DNA from: Thecamonas trahens ATCC 50062
Taxonomy: Eukaryota > Protista > Apusomonadida
Length of the DNA: 23,721 bases
Direction of reading: 5' to 3'
NCBI RefSeq assembly: GCF_000142905.1
Contig: NW_013657639.1
Span: 9,544-33,264 of the forward strand
Positions within the stretch are counted from its first letter, which is position 1. Each line of letters opens with the position of its first letter. Made by a program: the position numbers and the translations under genes. Below the pieces are notes generated by a model. That model saw only the letters and a list, made by a program, of their open reading frames with translations. It did not search any database and had not been told where the DNA came from. Below are positions 1 to 11,831 of this stretch, piece by piece.

Positions 1-65
1 TTCCCCCCCACACACACTCACACTCGCACCATCACACACACACACTCTCTCTCTGTCTCTCTCTG
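1..65. repeat. (CA)n/(CT)n microsatellite upstream of the HECT gene
   Basis: cacacaca...ctctctct tracts. Confidence 0.85.
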
Positions 66-128
66 TACAGACTCTGCACACCGCAAACGCTTATCTCTCC
101 CGAGTTTACCGCCAATCATGCACAGGCT

Positions 129-3100
129 ATGTTTTCCTACGAAGAATCGCCAACCTATGATGATGAGTCGGTCCATGCGACGTGGGCTGCCCAGCGCGAG
201 GCCGAGACCAAGTCTGCGCCCTCGCTGGACCACATCAAGGGCGAGCACAATCTTCGTGTATTGAGTGGAAGATGCGACAATGTCGACGAGCTCTACTCTT
301 GGGTCCGCAGCACCGTCGCTGCGGCGTTTGCCCACTGCGCTGCCGACGACGTGAACAAGCTTGCCACAGGCATGGTCGCCCGTCGCTCGGCCGTTCTCGC
401 CGCTGCCCAACACGCGCTCATCAACTACATCCGCCAGAACTGTCTCTGGGGCGCACACATCGAGCGGCCGGTCCTCTCATGCCCGCTTGGCGGCGAGCCG
501 CTGCCGCTTGCCCTCGTCAGCGACGAGACCAACGCCATCACCGCCCTCGCTCTTGCTGTCGACGACACCGTCCGCCTTGACACCGTCGCCCGGACCCTCG
601 CTTATCTCGACGCGGTTGTCGACACCAGCTTCGAGGTCTTCCGTCTTGACATCGGCCGCCCGACCTCGTCAAACGTTTACAAGTACGAGATCTCGTCGCG
701 CGTTGTTGTAGCTACCTTTTCCATCATCGAGCGCTGGATCGCCCACGAGTCGCAGCCTGGCGTCTTTGAGCCGTCGCGGGTGGCAGCTTCTGCCCACCCT
801 CGCTCCTTGCCCGCATTGTCCTCCACTTTGTCCGCCTCGCCCTCGACTCCCGTCACGTCTCGCTCCTTGCCCGTGTCGTCCTCGTCCTCCGCACCCCCCA
901 GCTCGCCGCGCTCATTGACCCGGTCATTGCAAGCGCCTCCGACGACCTGGCCGCTCTTGTCAACGGCCTTTTCAACCCGCCGCACCGCGACGCCCCAATC
1001 CGCTTTCCCACAAAGGGCACTTCGGATCCGCTCCTCTGCTGGACCCACTGCTGGCTCAACGCCACCGTACCGGCCTGGTCGTTGCAGGACCCGGCAGTGG
1101 CAGAGCTCGAGGTCCCTTACTCGGCCGACCCGCTCCCGCTCGTCGCCCCCTTTCCCCAGCCCGGCGTCGACCCCTTGCCCACCTTTTCGCCGCCGACCAA
1201 CCAGGCTCGATTCGGCGCCGCAACCGCGCCGCCCGTCCACGAGTTTGCCTCCCGGCCCTCGACCGCCTGCACCGCCGCCGGCTTCCTCTACACCCACTCG
1301 CATCAGGGCCTGAGCAAGATCGGCACCGGCCACCACGGTACAGAGCTCATGCGTCTCTACGCCTCCAACCTCCACTTTAAGCTCGCCGAGCGTGGCTCGC
1401 TCGTCGCTGCCGGCGACTGGCTCCTCTACCGCTCGCCATCCATCGCCCCGGCTCTGTTCTGGGTCATCAGCCCGCGCTCGCTCCGCGTCGTAGGCCGTGT
1501 CTTGCCGGACGGCTCGGGCTCGTTTGCTACCGCAAACCTCTCCGCCGTCCTCAGCCCTGACGCGCCCGACGCCCGCTCCCCAGTCGCCGCCTGTGGAAAC
1601 GTTGTTGTTGTCCTCCACGCTGCGCACGATAACCCTGCCGCACTCGCAGTCACACGCCTCGACATGGCCTCCTCGCCTCCGCTGGCCCACATCGACACCC
1701 GGCTGCTCTCGGGCTCCCCGCCCGCGTCGGCGCTCTCTGCACCTCGGTCCGGGCCTGCTCTGCCGCCGTCCCGCACATGCTCCTCGTCGACGAGGCTCAT
1801 CCCATTCAGACCCATGGCCTCCTCACTACCTGGCATGCCTCAGTGGTCGGCGACTCGCCCGATGCCGCCCTCGACGATCCACTCACGTTCCTAGTCCTCC
1901 GCAAGGTCGGCGAGCACTTTGTCGTCAAGTCCGTCACCCGCACACCTCCACCACGCTCCTGGGCTTCCGCCACCGATGCCCGACACGAGTGCAACTCGCC
2001 CGTCATCGTCGCTCCGGGCGACTACATCGGCGTCGTCATTCCCAAGGGCGATTCTATCCAGCACGACGACCTCTCCGCAGACGGCTCCATCGTTTACACC
2101 ACCGCGGTCCCCAAAGACCTCGCCCTCGGCACCTGCATCCATCTCACCCTCCGACGCTCCATGTCCTTCTCTTTTGCAGCCTCTATTGTGCCGTCGCCCG
2201 ACAAACCGCTGCCAGCCATCGACTCGCCGCTCGACGCCTCGGTTCTCGCCCTCTGCGGCCTCTACACCAACGGCGACGAGCTTGCCATCATGCTCCCACC
2301 CGCCGAGGCCTCGCCGCCGCCCAAGGGTACATCGCCGCACGTGTGTGTCGGTTATGTCTTTTCGCTCGCCACAGCCTCCGAGTCACGCCACTTTGTCCTC
2401 GGCTCGCCCGTCGAGTTCCCGGCTGTCGCCTACGACCCCGTCGATGACATCCTCTTCTCGTGCTTTCTCTGCAACGGTTCTGTCAACGCATGGGGCAACC
2501 AGGCACACCTGCTGCCACGCCACCTGGCACCGCCCCAGCCGGCCATCCCCTGCCTCGACTCCACCGCCGCCCTCGCTTCGTCGCTCATCCGTGCCATCGG
2601 CTGGCGCTCGCGTGTCCTCCGCCGAACACGCTCCCGCGACCGCTCAGGTCCCATTGTGCTCGCTTGCGCCCGCGAGCTCTCGCGCGATGCCATCAACGCC
2701 CTCCTCGACCTCGCGTCCACTGCTGCTGACCCCACAGATCTTGCTGCCGCGCTCGCCGCTCTCGCCGACAACATCTCGTTTGCCGCAGACGGCCATCTCA
2801 TCGACTGGGCCGTTCTTCTCGGCCCAAACTTCGATGTCATCGCCGACGCTGCCCGTGCCCTCTTTTGCGCCCCGGGTGCCCCGGTCACTCGCGACATCCT
2901 CGCCGATGCACTGCCGCTCCTCTGTCACACGCCCGCCCTTGCCGCCGACCTCGTCTGCGACGCGCTCGCCGCCGACCCGGCCTCGCCAATCATCGATGCC
3001 TTTGCATCGCTCTCCCGCACCACTCTCCTCACAGGCCCGATCCTCGATATGTCTCGTCCGGCGCTCATGCGTGCCCTCCGCGCCCTCGTCGACGCTGCTG

Positions 3101-6100
3101 TGCTTCCCCACGCCCCGCCTGGTCCGGCCCGCCTCCTCGCCCAGCTCTCAGCCACACTGTATGCTCTTGGCGCCGACCATGTCGTCCACAACACCCTTGA
3201 TGCCAACTCGCGGACTGCGTCGCAGGAGGCCGCCGACACTTCCCGCCTTGTTGACCTCCTCAACTGGATCCTGCCGGGCTACATCACCCCGCTCATGAGT
3301 GCCATCGCTGCCTTGTCGCCATCCGCCATCGATCTCTCGCCGACCTCGCTCGCCGCCACTCTCGCCTTTCCCGCCATCGCTTCTCTCACCGCCCTTCTCG
3401 AGCACGGGGAAGCCGAGCTCGCTGTCGCCTCTGCCGGCGACGCCCTTGCCTCGCTTGCCACCGCTCTCGGTGGGCTGCTTGACTCTGCCCGCGCCTCGCT
3501 CGCTGCCCAAGGCATACCGCTTGACATCGGCATCTTGCCCGATACACCCTGCCGCGCCCGCCGCCGCGTCATCGAGTCCAAGCATCCGTACCTCCGCGTC
3601 GAGTCTCGTATGGTCATCGACCAAGCGCCTGCTGAGCGCATGACCATCGAGTTTGATTCTGCCTCTGCCCTCGACTCGGGCGACGAGCTGCAGATCTTCA
3701 CCCGCGATCACAAGACGAAGAATTTTGACGTACTTGTCTCCTCTTTTAATGCAGACATGTCGCCGCCGGTCCCGTTCGTTGTCCCGGGCGAGGAAATGTT
3801 GCTCGTCCTCAAGACCACTGCGCCACAGCCTGACTCTGACCCGCCGTCCAAGGCCTCTAATTATGGCTTTTGCCTCGTCATCACCCCGCACGATCCGGTC
3901 GCCAACGTCCACTCAGCCCGCGAGGCAAGCATCGTCCGCGCCATTGCCCATCTCCACACTCGGCTATTGGCCACTCTCTATGCGCCGCGCGACGCGAGCT
4001 CGGCATCGCTCCGCAATCTGGCCCCCGGTGCCATCTCTTGGGCCGATGCCGCGCTCCTGCACGGCGGCTACGTTACTGAAGCCGCCTCGGATGCCGCCGA
4101 CGACCTTGCCGCCCCGCTGCGCGACTCGCAGCCCTGCTCTTCCGCCGCTGACGGCTACACCCAGTTTGTTTGGGCCATTGCTCGTGGCGAGCAAGTCACA
4201 GACTCCTCCTCGCATGCTGTCGCCGCCGCTGCCCGCTTCTGGGACGCTGCTCAGCTCGCGCTCGCCTCCGCCACCTCCAGCCTCCCACTTGACCGCTTCG
4301 ACCCGCACGCCATCCTCCGCCGCGCCGTCCTCGCCGCCTTTCTCAAGCACACCGCCCTTGTGGCCGAGGCCTACGCCATCGGCGCTGTCGCCGAGCCGGG
4401 CCTTGCTCCAGAGCTTCGTATGCATGCTCCCAAGGTGCGCAAGCGCAAGGTCAAACTCTCGGTCTCAGTCCCCGCCCCGGTCACGCCCGACGCTGCTTCC
4501 CAGTTTTCGCCGCAGTTGGCCGCTGTCGTCCAGGCTGCAGCCGACGTGGTAGCCTGGGCGTTTTACGAGCGCCGCTCCCGCGGCGAGGCCGCCGACGCTG
4601 ACACCGTCGTCGCTGGCCTCCTTGCCAAGGCCGCGCTCCTCCTCCGCTGCAATCCATCGGTCGGTGCCGACCGCATGGCAGGCGGGCTAGGCTCATCCGC
4701 CACCAGCTCCTCGTCTGCCATTGATGTCGCCACCCCGGCTCCGGCCTCGGCCCAGCTTGCGGGCTCGTCATCTGTCAAGGCCTTCCTCAAGCAGTGGAAG
4801 GCCGCCCGAGTCTCGTCGTCGCTCCTTGCCTCAACCATGGCCGCCGACGTCGTCCTCTTCCTCAAGGCCGACATCGACGTCCCCGACCTTTGCGCACGCC
4901 TCGAGCAGCGCTCGCGGTTTGCTCGCGCCCGCGCCGTTGCTCTTGCCGAGCTCGCCCGCTATCTGAACAATTCGGGCGAGGTCGACGACCTGGCCCTTGA
5001 GGCGCTCCACGCCTTTGCCCGCGCCCTGCACCGTGCTCCGCGCGCCCAGGGCCGTCTCGGCCCGCACATGCTCGACGGCATCCGCGGCTGCTCCGCCGAC
5101 GCCCTGGCCTCCGTCTGTGACTACATGTGCACCCTCCTCACCGCCCTCGTGCCCGTCGTTGCCTCAACCTCGGCTGCCGCCCTTCCGGCCATGCTCTGCT
5201 GGGCCCTGCACTTTCACAAAGCCGATCGCCCGCTCATTCTCTCGTCAGGCATTCTGCCTGCGCTGTGGCACATGGCCTCGGTAGAGGGCGAGCCGGGTCT
5301 CCCGGCTGTCGTTGCCTCCTCGCTCTTTCACACCCTATCCGCCGTCGCGCTCGGCGTCAAGCCGCAGCACACGCCAGAAGCTGCACCGCTCTCCACTACC
5401 AGTGGGGCCTCGGCTGGCCTCGCCTCGTCGTCGTCGGCGGACCCGCGCCCGGCGTTTACCCCAAGACCGCCGTGCTTGTCACTGCCTCGGCCGCGTCTTC
5501 GTACGAGAAGGACCTCTTCAGCCTTGTTCTCTCCTCGCTCGTAGGCGCGTACCAAGACTGGCGGGCCGCCCTCAAGAGCTCGCCGGCTGGAATCCCCTTC
5601 TTCCTCGAGCCTACTCCCTACAACCTGGACGAGCTCACGAGCCGGGCTCCGCCCGACGTTGATGCCGACGCCGAGGCGACATGGATGGCCGTCCACGCCG
5701 TGCCGGCCTTTGCCGCCCCGCGTGCTGGCCGCAGCGACGCTGATGCCCTGCCCGAGGGCGGCCACGCTGGCTTTGACCATGACGCCACCGCCGCCCTCGT
5801 CGCAGACTCAGACCGAAGCCTCGTTTGCCAGGCCGCCCTCGTGGTCAAAGGCCGCACCGACGCCGAGCTCGCCCCGCTCATCGACCTCATCACAGATGTC
5901 ATCCTCCCAACCCGCGGCGCTCTCGCCGCCGCCGGCACTCTCGACCTTGTCGCCTCGCACGATCCGCGGGTCAAGGCTGCAGCCTCGCTCTACGCCTCGA
6001 CCTCGCCGGCACTCGCCGTCGACATCCTAGTCGCGTCAGCAGACATTGTCGCTCGCGAGCGCCAGTCATCTGGAACATCCAACTCGGCCGTCTCGGCCCT

Positions 6101-9100
6101 CGAGGCGTTCCTGAACATGACCTTGGTCGACGGCTCGCTGGCCGGTTCAGAGAGCTCCTCGCGCAGGCGCCGCGGAGCCAAGTCGCGAACGGCCGACGAC
6201 AGCATCGTCTCGCCTCGCAGATTGATGTCAGATGCGCTCGTCACCATTGGCAACAGTGTCACCACTGGCGCACCGGTTTGCGTCCAACAGGTCCGTCTCC
6301 GAGCCACCATCAACACGCTTGCCGGTCTCGCCCGCGCACCCATTGCCGCCCACTTTCTCGCCCGCTCGCCTTGGCTCGAGCTTGTGCTGGCTCTCTTCTG
6401 TGACACTGATCTGTCGCCAGCCACTCGTGCTGCCGCTCTAGCCGTCCTCCGGGCCGTCCTCATCTCCACAAGCCCGGCCATGCTCGTCGACGATGTCCCG
6501 TCCGCATCGGCAGCTGTCGCACGTGCCGCCGTTGTCCTTGGCTCACCCGATGCGAGCCTCTCGCCGGTCGACCCGGAGCCACAGACGCACACCAGTCACG
6601 TCACTGTCTGTGAGCTGCTCTTGCGGACCGCCTCGACGCTGGCAAGCGGTCGTGACACCTCGTCGATCACCGCCGCTGGTCTGCTCGAGCCGCTCCTGGT
6701 TGTCCTCCGCGAATTTGCCGCCGCCAGCCCAGAGTGGTGCGAGCACATTGTGCGCCAGCTCCGCGAGTCGAGCTCGAACCCGCTCGTTATGCTCTATCTC
6801 CTCGCCCACGCCCCGCCGTCACTCGCTATTGGCGCTCGGGTCTTTGTTGCCCCGCCGCACGTCATCTCGGGCATCGTTGTCGCCTTTGGCTACAATCATG
6901 AGCTCCTCGTTTGGTCACCGGCGCCCAACGACGACCAGCCGAACGCCTGGTGGGTGCCCATCGATCTCGTGACCCCAGAGCCACCGCTCCGCAGCTGTTC
7001 ACCCGGTTCGGCTGCCCTTGCCCTTGCACTGTGGAACGATCCCGAGGTGGTCCAGATCGTGACTGCCCTTGCCCTCGCGCCGCCGACCCCGGTGCTGGCT
7101 GACATGGAGCGCCGCCGCGCCGCCGTCGCCGCCGTCGCCAACCTGGTCAGCCTCGGTGCCGAGGCTCCCGACCTGGCGCTGCCGGCCCTGCAAACCCTCC
7201 TGCGCGTCGCCCTGATTCCGATGCCGCTCACCCGCGTCTACACCGCTGCTGAGCTTACCCAGGCTGCTACCGCCCAGCTCTGGGCTGCGCGTCACGCCGC
7301 CGTCAATGCACCGACGCTCCTTGGGCTCAAGATTGACGGCAGCCCGGCTCAGCTCACGGTCCGCGGCGTCGCATGCCCCACAGCAATGTTCCGCAACGGC
7401 CACTGCCTCACTCCGCCCACTCCCAGCGATCTGGAGCTCTTTCGGTCCGCGCTCACGTCGTGCTCTCTCGTCAGCTCGGTCGCACCAACCGTGCCAAGTC
7501 CAGGGCACAGTGCCATTGTCCTTGCGCCACAGGCTGACAACAAGGTCGCGTGGGCCTCGCTCGCAACTATGCTACAAGCCATGGCTCGCCGCCAGCCGTG
7601 CGCTATCGTCGTCCTTGTCTTTGCAAGCAGCAATCGCCCCCGCTCGCCGCCACCTCTCCTCCGCCCGACTCTGCTTTCCTGCAGCTTGGTATCCCGCTCG
7701 TAGTCGCTACCATCACCTCGCACGGGCCACAGGTCGTCGCCGCCACCCTCGAGCGTGTTCTCCGTCTCCACCAGGCGCCGCCCCTTTCGCTCCACACCCT
7801 GCCTCCCTCGGCCTCTGTCGACAAGGGCAAGGCCGAGGCTGGGGACGCCGAACCAGTCGAAGTCGCTCCCTTCCCGTCCGCCCCAGAGGCCAGGAATGGT
7901 CTCCTTGCGAGCGAGCTCGCATCGCTCGCGTTCTTTGACCCCAATCTTGCGTATGGCTCCAACCAGCAGTCAGCAGCTGTCCTGGGGGCGGGCCATGTGC
8001 CGGGGTCTGGTGTGTTGGACGCGATGTCGTCGGCCAGTAAGTCGGACCTGTTCGCCCTCGCCTCTGGGGCTGCTGATAATGTGCGAGCGCTGCCCACATC
8101 GAACACCTCGTCGTCCACGGCGCTGAACGCCAAGGAGCGGGCGGCACTGGTAGGTGCGCTCCCGCTGGCGCGGCTCCTGGGCGGCCTCACCTTTTGGTCC
8201 GCCCGGTCCGGAGTCGTCGCTGCACTTCGTGCACTCGGCACACTTGACCCCCAGGCAGTGGCGGAGACTCTTGTCCATGACGACCTCCTTCGCCTGCTGC
8301 AGATGGTGGCTGGTTCGTACAACGGGATCGGCTCTCCAGTCGACGCCCAGGAGCTGCAGGACGCGGCGGCCGCGGCGCTGCGGGTCTGGCTGGCTGGCGC
8401 CGCGCCGGAACCTCGCGCTGTGTTTGTCAAGAGCGTCTCCACGCTGGTGGTCGGCCACATGGGGCGGGCACAGGGTGCAGAAAAGGCAAAGTCCCTCCCG
8501 CCCACAAACATCAACCCGAACCGGCTGGCGTTTACGGTGCCCAAAGGCGGGCTTGGCGTGCGCCTCTCGTTCCCGCCCGGCCTCGCTGGCTCCTCGATAA
8601 CCGTCCACAACCGCGACGGGAGCCAGACTACGGTCGCGTCCAGCGAGCCGGTCCTCATTCCCGCGTCTGCTGGCGACATGTACGTCAACATTCAACGTGC
8701 GTCTGCCGGGCTGCCTGTGGCTTGCCTCACGACGCTGCCGCTCTGCAACGAGCTCGCCACCCAGCCCACACTGGACATGGTGACCTGGGCGGTCGAGCTT
8801 GTCGGTGATGTTGTCGACGTCGACGCCACCTCCCGGATTGTCGCCGGCATGGCCGAGCTGGTGGTGGCTGGTGAGATGGCGCCTGCGCTGCGGCTGCGGA
8901 TTCTGCGCGCGCTCAACTCGCTCCTGCGTGATGCAGATGTCGCAGGCTCGACTGCGGTGGCATCGTCGCTCCTCCGCTGGTTCCCGCACAAGAGCTGGCA
9001 AGCCCTCTTCAGCGCATTCATGGAGAGCGGAAAGGTGCGCGGCATCGACGGTGCAACGCAGATCCCAGACGTGCTGGGCATGGCCTCGCCGTTTGCGCGC

Positions 9101-11810
9101 GCGCTCTGCGAAGCCTTTGTCGCCCTCCGCAAGCTGCGGGCCAGAGTCAAAACCGGTGCACCTAACATGGACGTGCCCGACGTGACCGGGGCCGATGCCG
9201 CTGATGAGGCTCACACAGAGATGCTGGTCAGTGATGCGGCGAGGCCCAAGGCCGCTAGGAAGGTCCGCACCCACGACGTGAGCTCATTCAGCGTCTCGGC
9301 ATTTGCGCCTACCACCACCATGGCCCGAGTCCAGGCCTCGTCTGCTAGGTTCTCGTCGCCGAGTCCAAGCCCGAGCCCGGTGCCCAGCCTCAGCCCGAGC
9401 GCTGGCGCCACGTCTGATGTTCTCGGCTGTGATCCAGAGCAGGCCGACTCGCCGAGCGCCACGCCCGAGTCGCCGGTTCTCGACTACTGGCTCGGTCTGT
9501 CCAAATCGGCCCCGCACGAGGGGCCTGTGATGTTTGACCAGCTTGTGCGGTGCGTGGCGCTGCTGGATGGGCTTGCGCGCGGGGACGAGCCTCCTGCTGA
9601 AGCGCTGGCTGCGGCGCGGGCGTCGTATGTCGAGGCAGCCAAGGATGACAAGCTCGACGTGGCGCTGCGAGTCGACGACACGCTCATGCAGATGGAGCCG
9701 GGACTAGTGGCCAAGCTGGCGAGTGGAGTGACCCGGCGTGCCAACGCGGGCTCGCTCCCGGGCTCGCGCTCGGTCTTTGTCAGCTCGTCGTCGACGACCG
9801 ACGGTTACGCCATCGAGCTGGGCAAGGCGCTGGTGCTCCGGGCGGGGGCAAGTGGTGCGCGGCTCCGCATCGGCTCGATCACTATCGAGCCTGTGCGTGC
9901 GTCAGGCACTCCGGAGCTGCGGGAAGCGTTTCTGTACCTGGTCGACACCAGCGAGTGCGGCGATGACAGTCTGCCGGGTATCATTACTGAGCTGGAAAGT
10001 GCGGCGCAGCAAGGCATTTTGGGAGGGGCGATCCAGCGAATGGCCCCAGTCGTCTACGCTGAACGCTTCCAGGTCAACCAGAGCTCGCTGGTCGTCTCAC
10101 TCCGGCGGCCGGTCACTGCCGACGTTGCGGTCGTCGTGGCGCGCACCGCGAGACTGGACAATACCTCGCTCGAGCTTGGAAGGACGCGAGTGGAGTCCGT
10201 GTGGATGGCCGGCCGGGCACTCAACGGGCATGGTACAGCGTCGTGTGCCGGGCTGGTGGGTGTGGGTGCGGCGGACGCAGCGGCTGCCATCAACGCGGTT
10301 GTCGCCAAGCACTACCCACACGCGACGTCAACCGAGTCGACGTCGGTCCTTGGCCCGACAACGACGGTGGTGGGCGAGCTCTGCGGACTCAACGTCGACC
10401 CGATCGAGGCGGTGGTCACTGCTGCCGAAGACGGGCTCGCGGTGGACTCGGACGCGGTGGTCTGGGTTCGGTTTGTCAATCTGGTCGCGCTCGCCGCCAT
10501 GCAGCACTGCGACGTGGGCCGGGCCGGCGTCATTGCGCACGCGCTGGCGCGGATCAAGCCTCTTGTGCTGGCCGACGTGGCGAGTCGGCTGGTCGAGGCT
10601 GCGCTGCAGGTATCACAAAGCCAGACGGAGGCGCACGGGCGGCCGACGCTCACCTTTGACCGGATGAAGGCGGCAGCCGCGACGACGCTTGACGAGACCC
10701 TGTTTGGCCAGCTGGTGACGGCGCTCGTCGACTGTGGCCCAGAGCTGCTTGTGCGGCGCGAGCGAGCGTGGCGAGTCAAGTTTGTGGGCGAGGGCGCGTC
10801 AGACGCCGGTGGGCCGTACCGCGAGGTCTTTTCCGGTGCGTGCGCCGAGCTCATGTCCGCCAGCTCTGTAGTCTCACTCTTTGTGCCATGCGGCAACGCG
10901 GTGTCTGGTTTTGGCTCGAACCGCGAGGCGTTTGTGGTGGCGCCAGGCGCGGTAAGCGACGGAGAGACGCAGGCGCTGCGGGTCCTAGGCTGGCTCATGG
11001 GCCACGCGCTGCGGTCGGGCCTCACGCTTGACCTTCTCCTCACCTCTGTGTTCTGGAAGTATATGGTGGGCGAGGAGGTGGGGCGGGCAGACCTCGCGGC
11101 AATGGACCAGATGTGCTGCCAGTCGCTCGACGCTGTGCGCGAGATCGAGGCGCAGGGTGTGGGCCCGGAGACCTTTTCCGACGTCATCGACGACGTGTTC
11201 GAGGTCCATCTCTCGGACGGCACCGTCCGCGAGCTGGTGCCGGGTGGGGCAAGCATGCCGGTCACCTTTGAACGGCGGGCCGAGTGGGCCGACCTGGTCG
11301 AGGCTGCGCGGCTGCACGAGGGCGATGCCCAGCTCGCGGTCATCCGCGCAGGCCTCGGGAGTGTGGCCCCGCTCACGGCGCTGAGCCTTCTCGGAGCGGA
11401 GCAGCTCGAGCAGCGTGTGTGCGGCGTGCCGCACATCGACGTCGCCATCCTCAAGGCCTCGACGGTGTACTCGAGTCTGTCCGAGGCGGACGACGTCGTC
11501 CTCTGGCTCTGGCGTGCGCTAGAGAGCTTTGACGACGCCGAGCGCCGGCTATTCCTCAAGTTTGTTTGGGCCGGTCGCGGCTTCCGCCGCTGGTCCAGCG
11601 CCTCTCGACGCCGATGAAGGTCCAGCTCTTTATTCCGCGCGGGCATCGGGAGTGGTGACCGGTGGCGAGCACGACACCTTCCTCCCGGTCTCGCACACCT
11701 GCTGGTTCCAGCTCGACCTCCCTGCCTACTCGAGCTACGAGGTCCTCCGCGAGCGGCTCGAGTTTGCCATCCGGCACTGCGCCTCGATCGACACCGACTT
11801 TACCGTGTAG
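129..11810 (+). CDS. Giant HECT-type E3 ubiquitin ligase (HECTD4/HERC-like), ~3,895 aa when six -1 frame breaks are repaired (near 778-799, 1716-1719, 5459-5462, 7637-7641, 11568-11570, 11641-11643)
   Basis: Overlapping ORFs 129-1313, (770)1082-1894, 1777-5544, 5127-7703, 7550-11617 and 11529-11810 join into one reading. The C-terminal HECT domain (~10640-11810) shows RAWRVKFVGEGASDAGGPYRE, LVPGG..VTFE, FLKFVWGRSRLP (after repair) and LPVSHTCWFQLDLPAYSS with the catalytic Cys at 11700-11702. The N-terminal region has FLYTHSHQGLSKIGTGHHGT and a CUB-like VIESKHPY motif, as recalled for HECTD4/MYCBP2-type giant ligases. Confidence 0.88.
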
Positions 11811-11831
11811 CGACGCTGACAGGCAAAAGCT

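Noticed and set aside
118-128. ATG at 118 as the true HECT start via another -1 break
   Set aside because: Possible but unsupported; the in-frame ATG at 129 is sufficient.
129-11810. Five or six separate genes, a pseudogene, or short introns at the frame breaks
   Set aside because: The pieces overlap, contain no nonsense codons, and join by single-base additions. The HECT consensus at 11561-11590 leaves no room for an intron.
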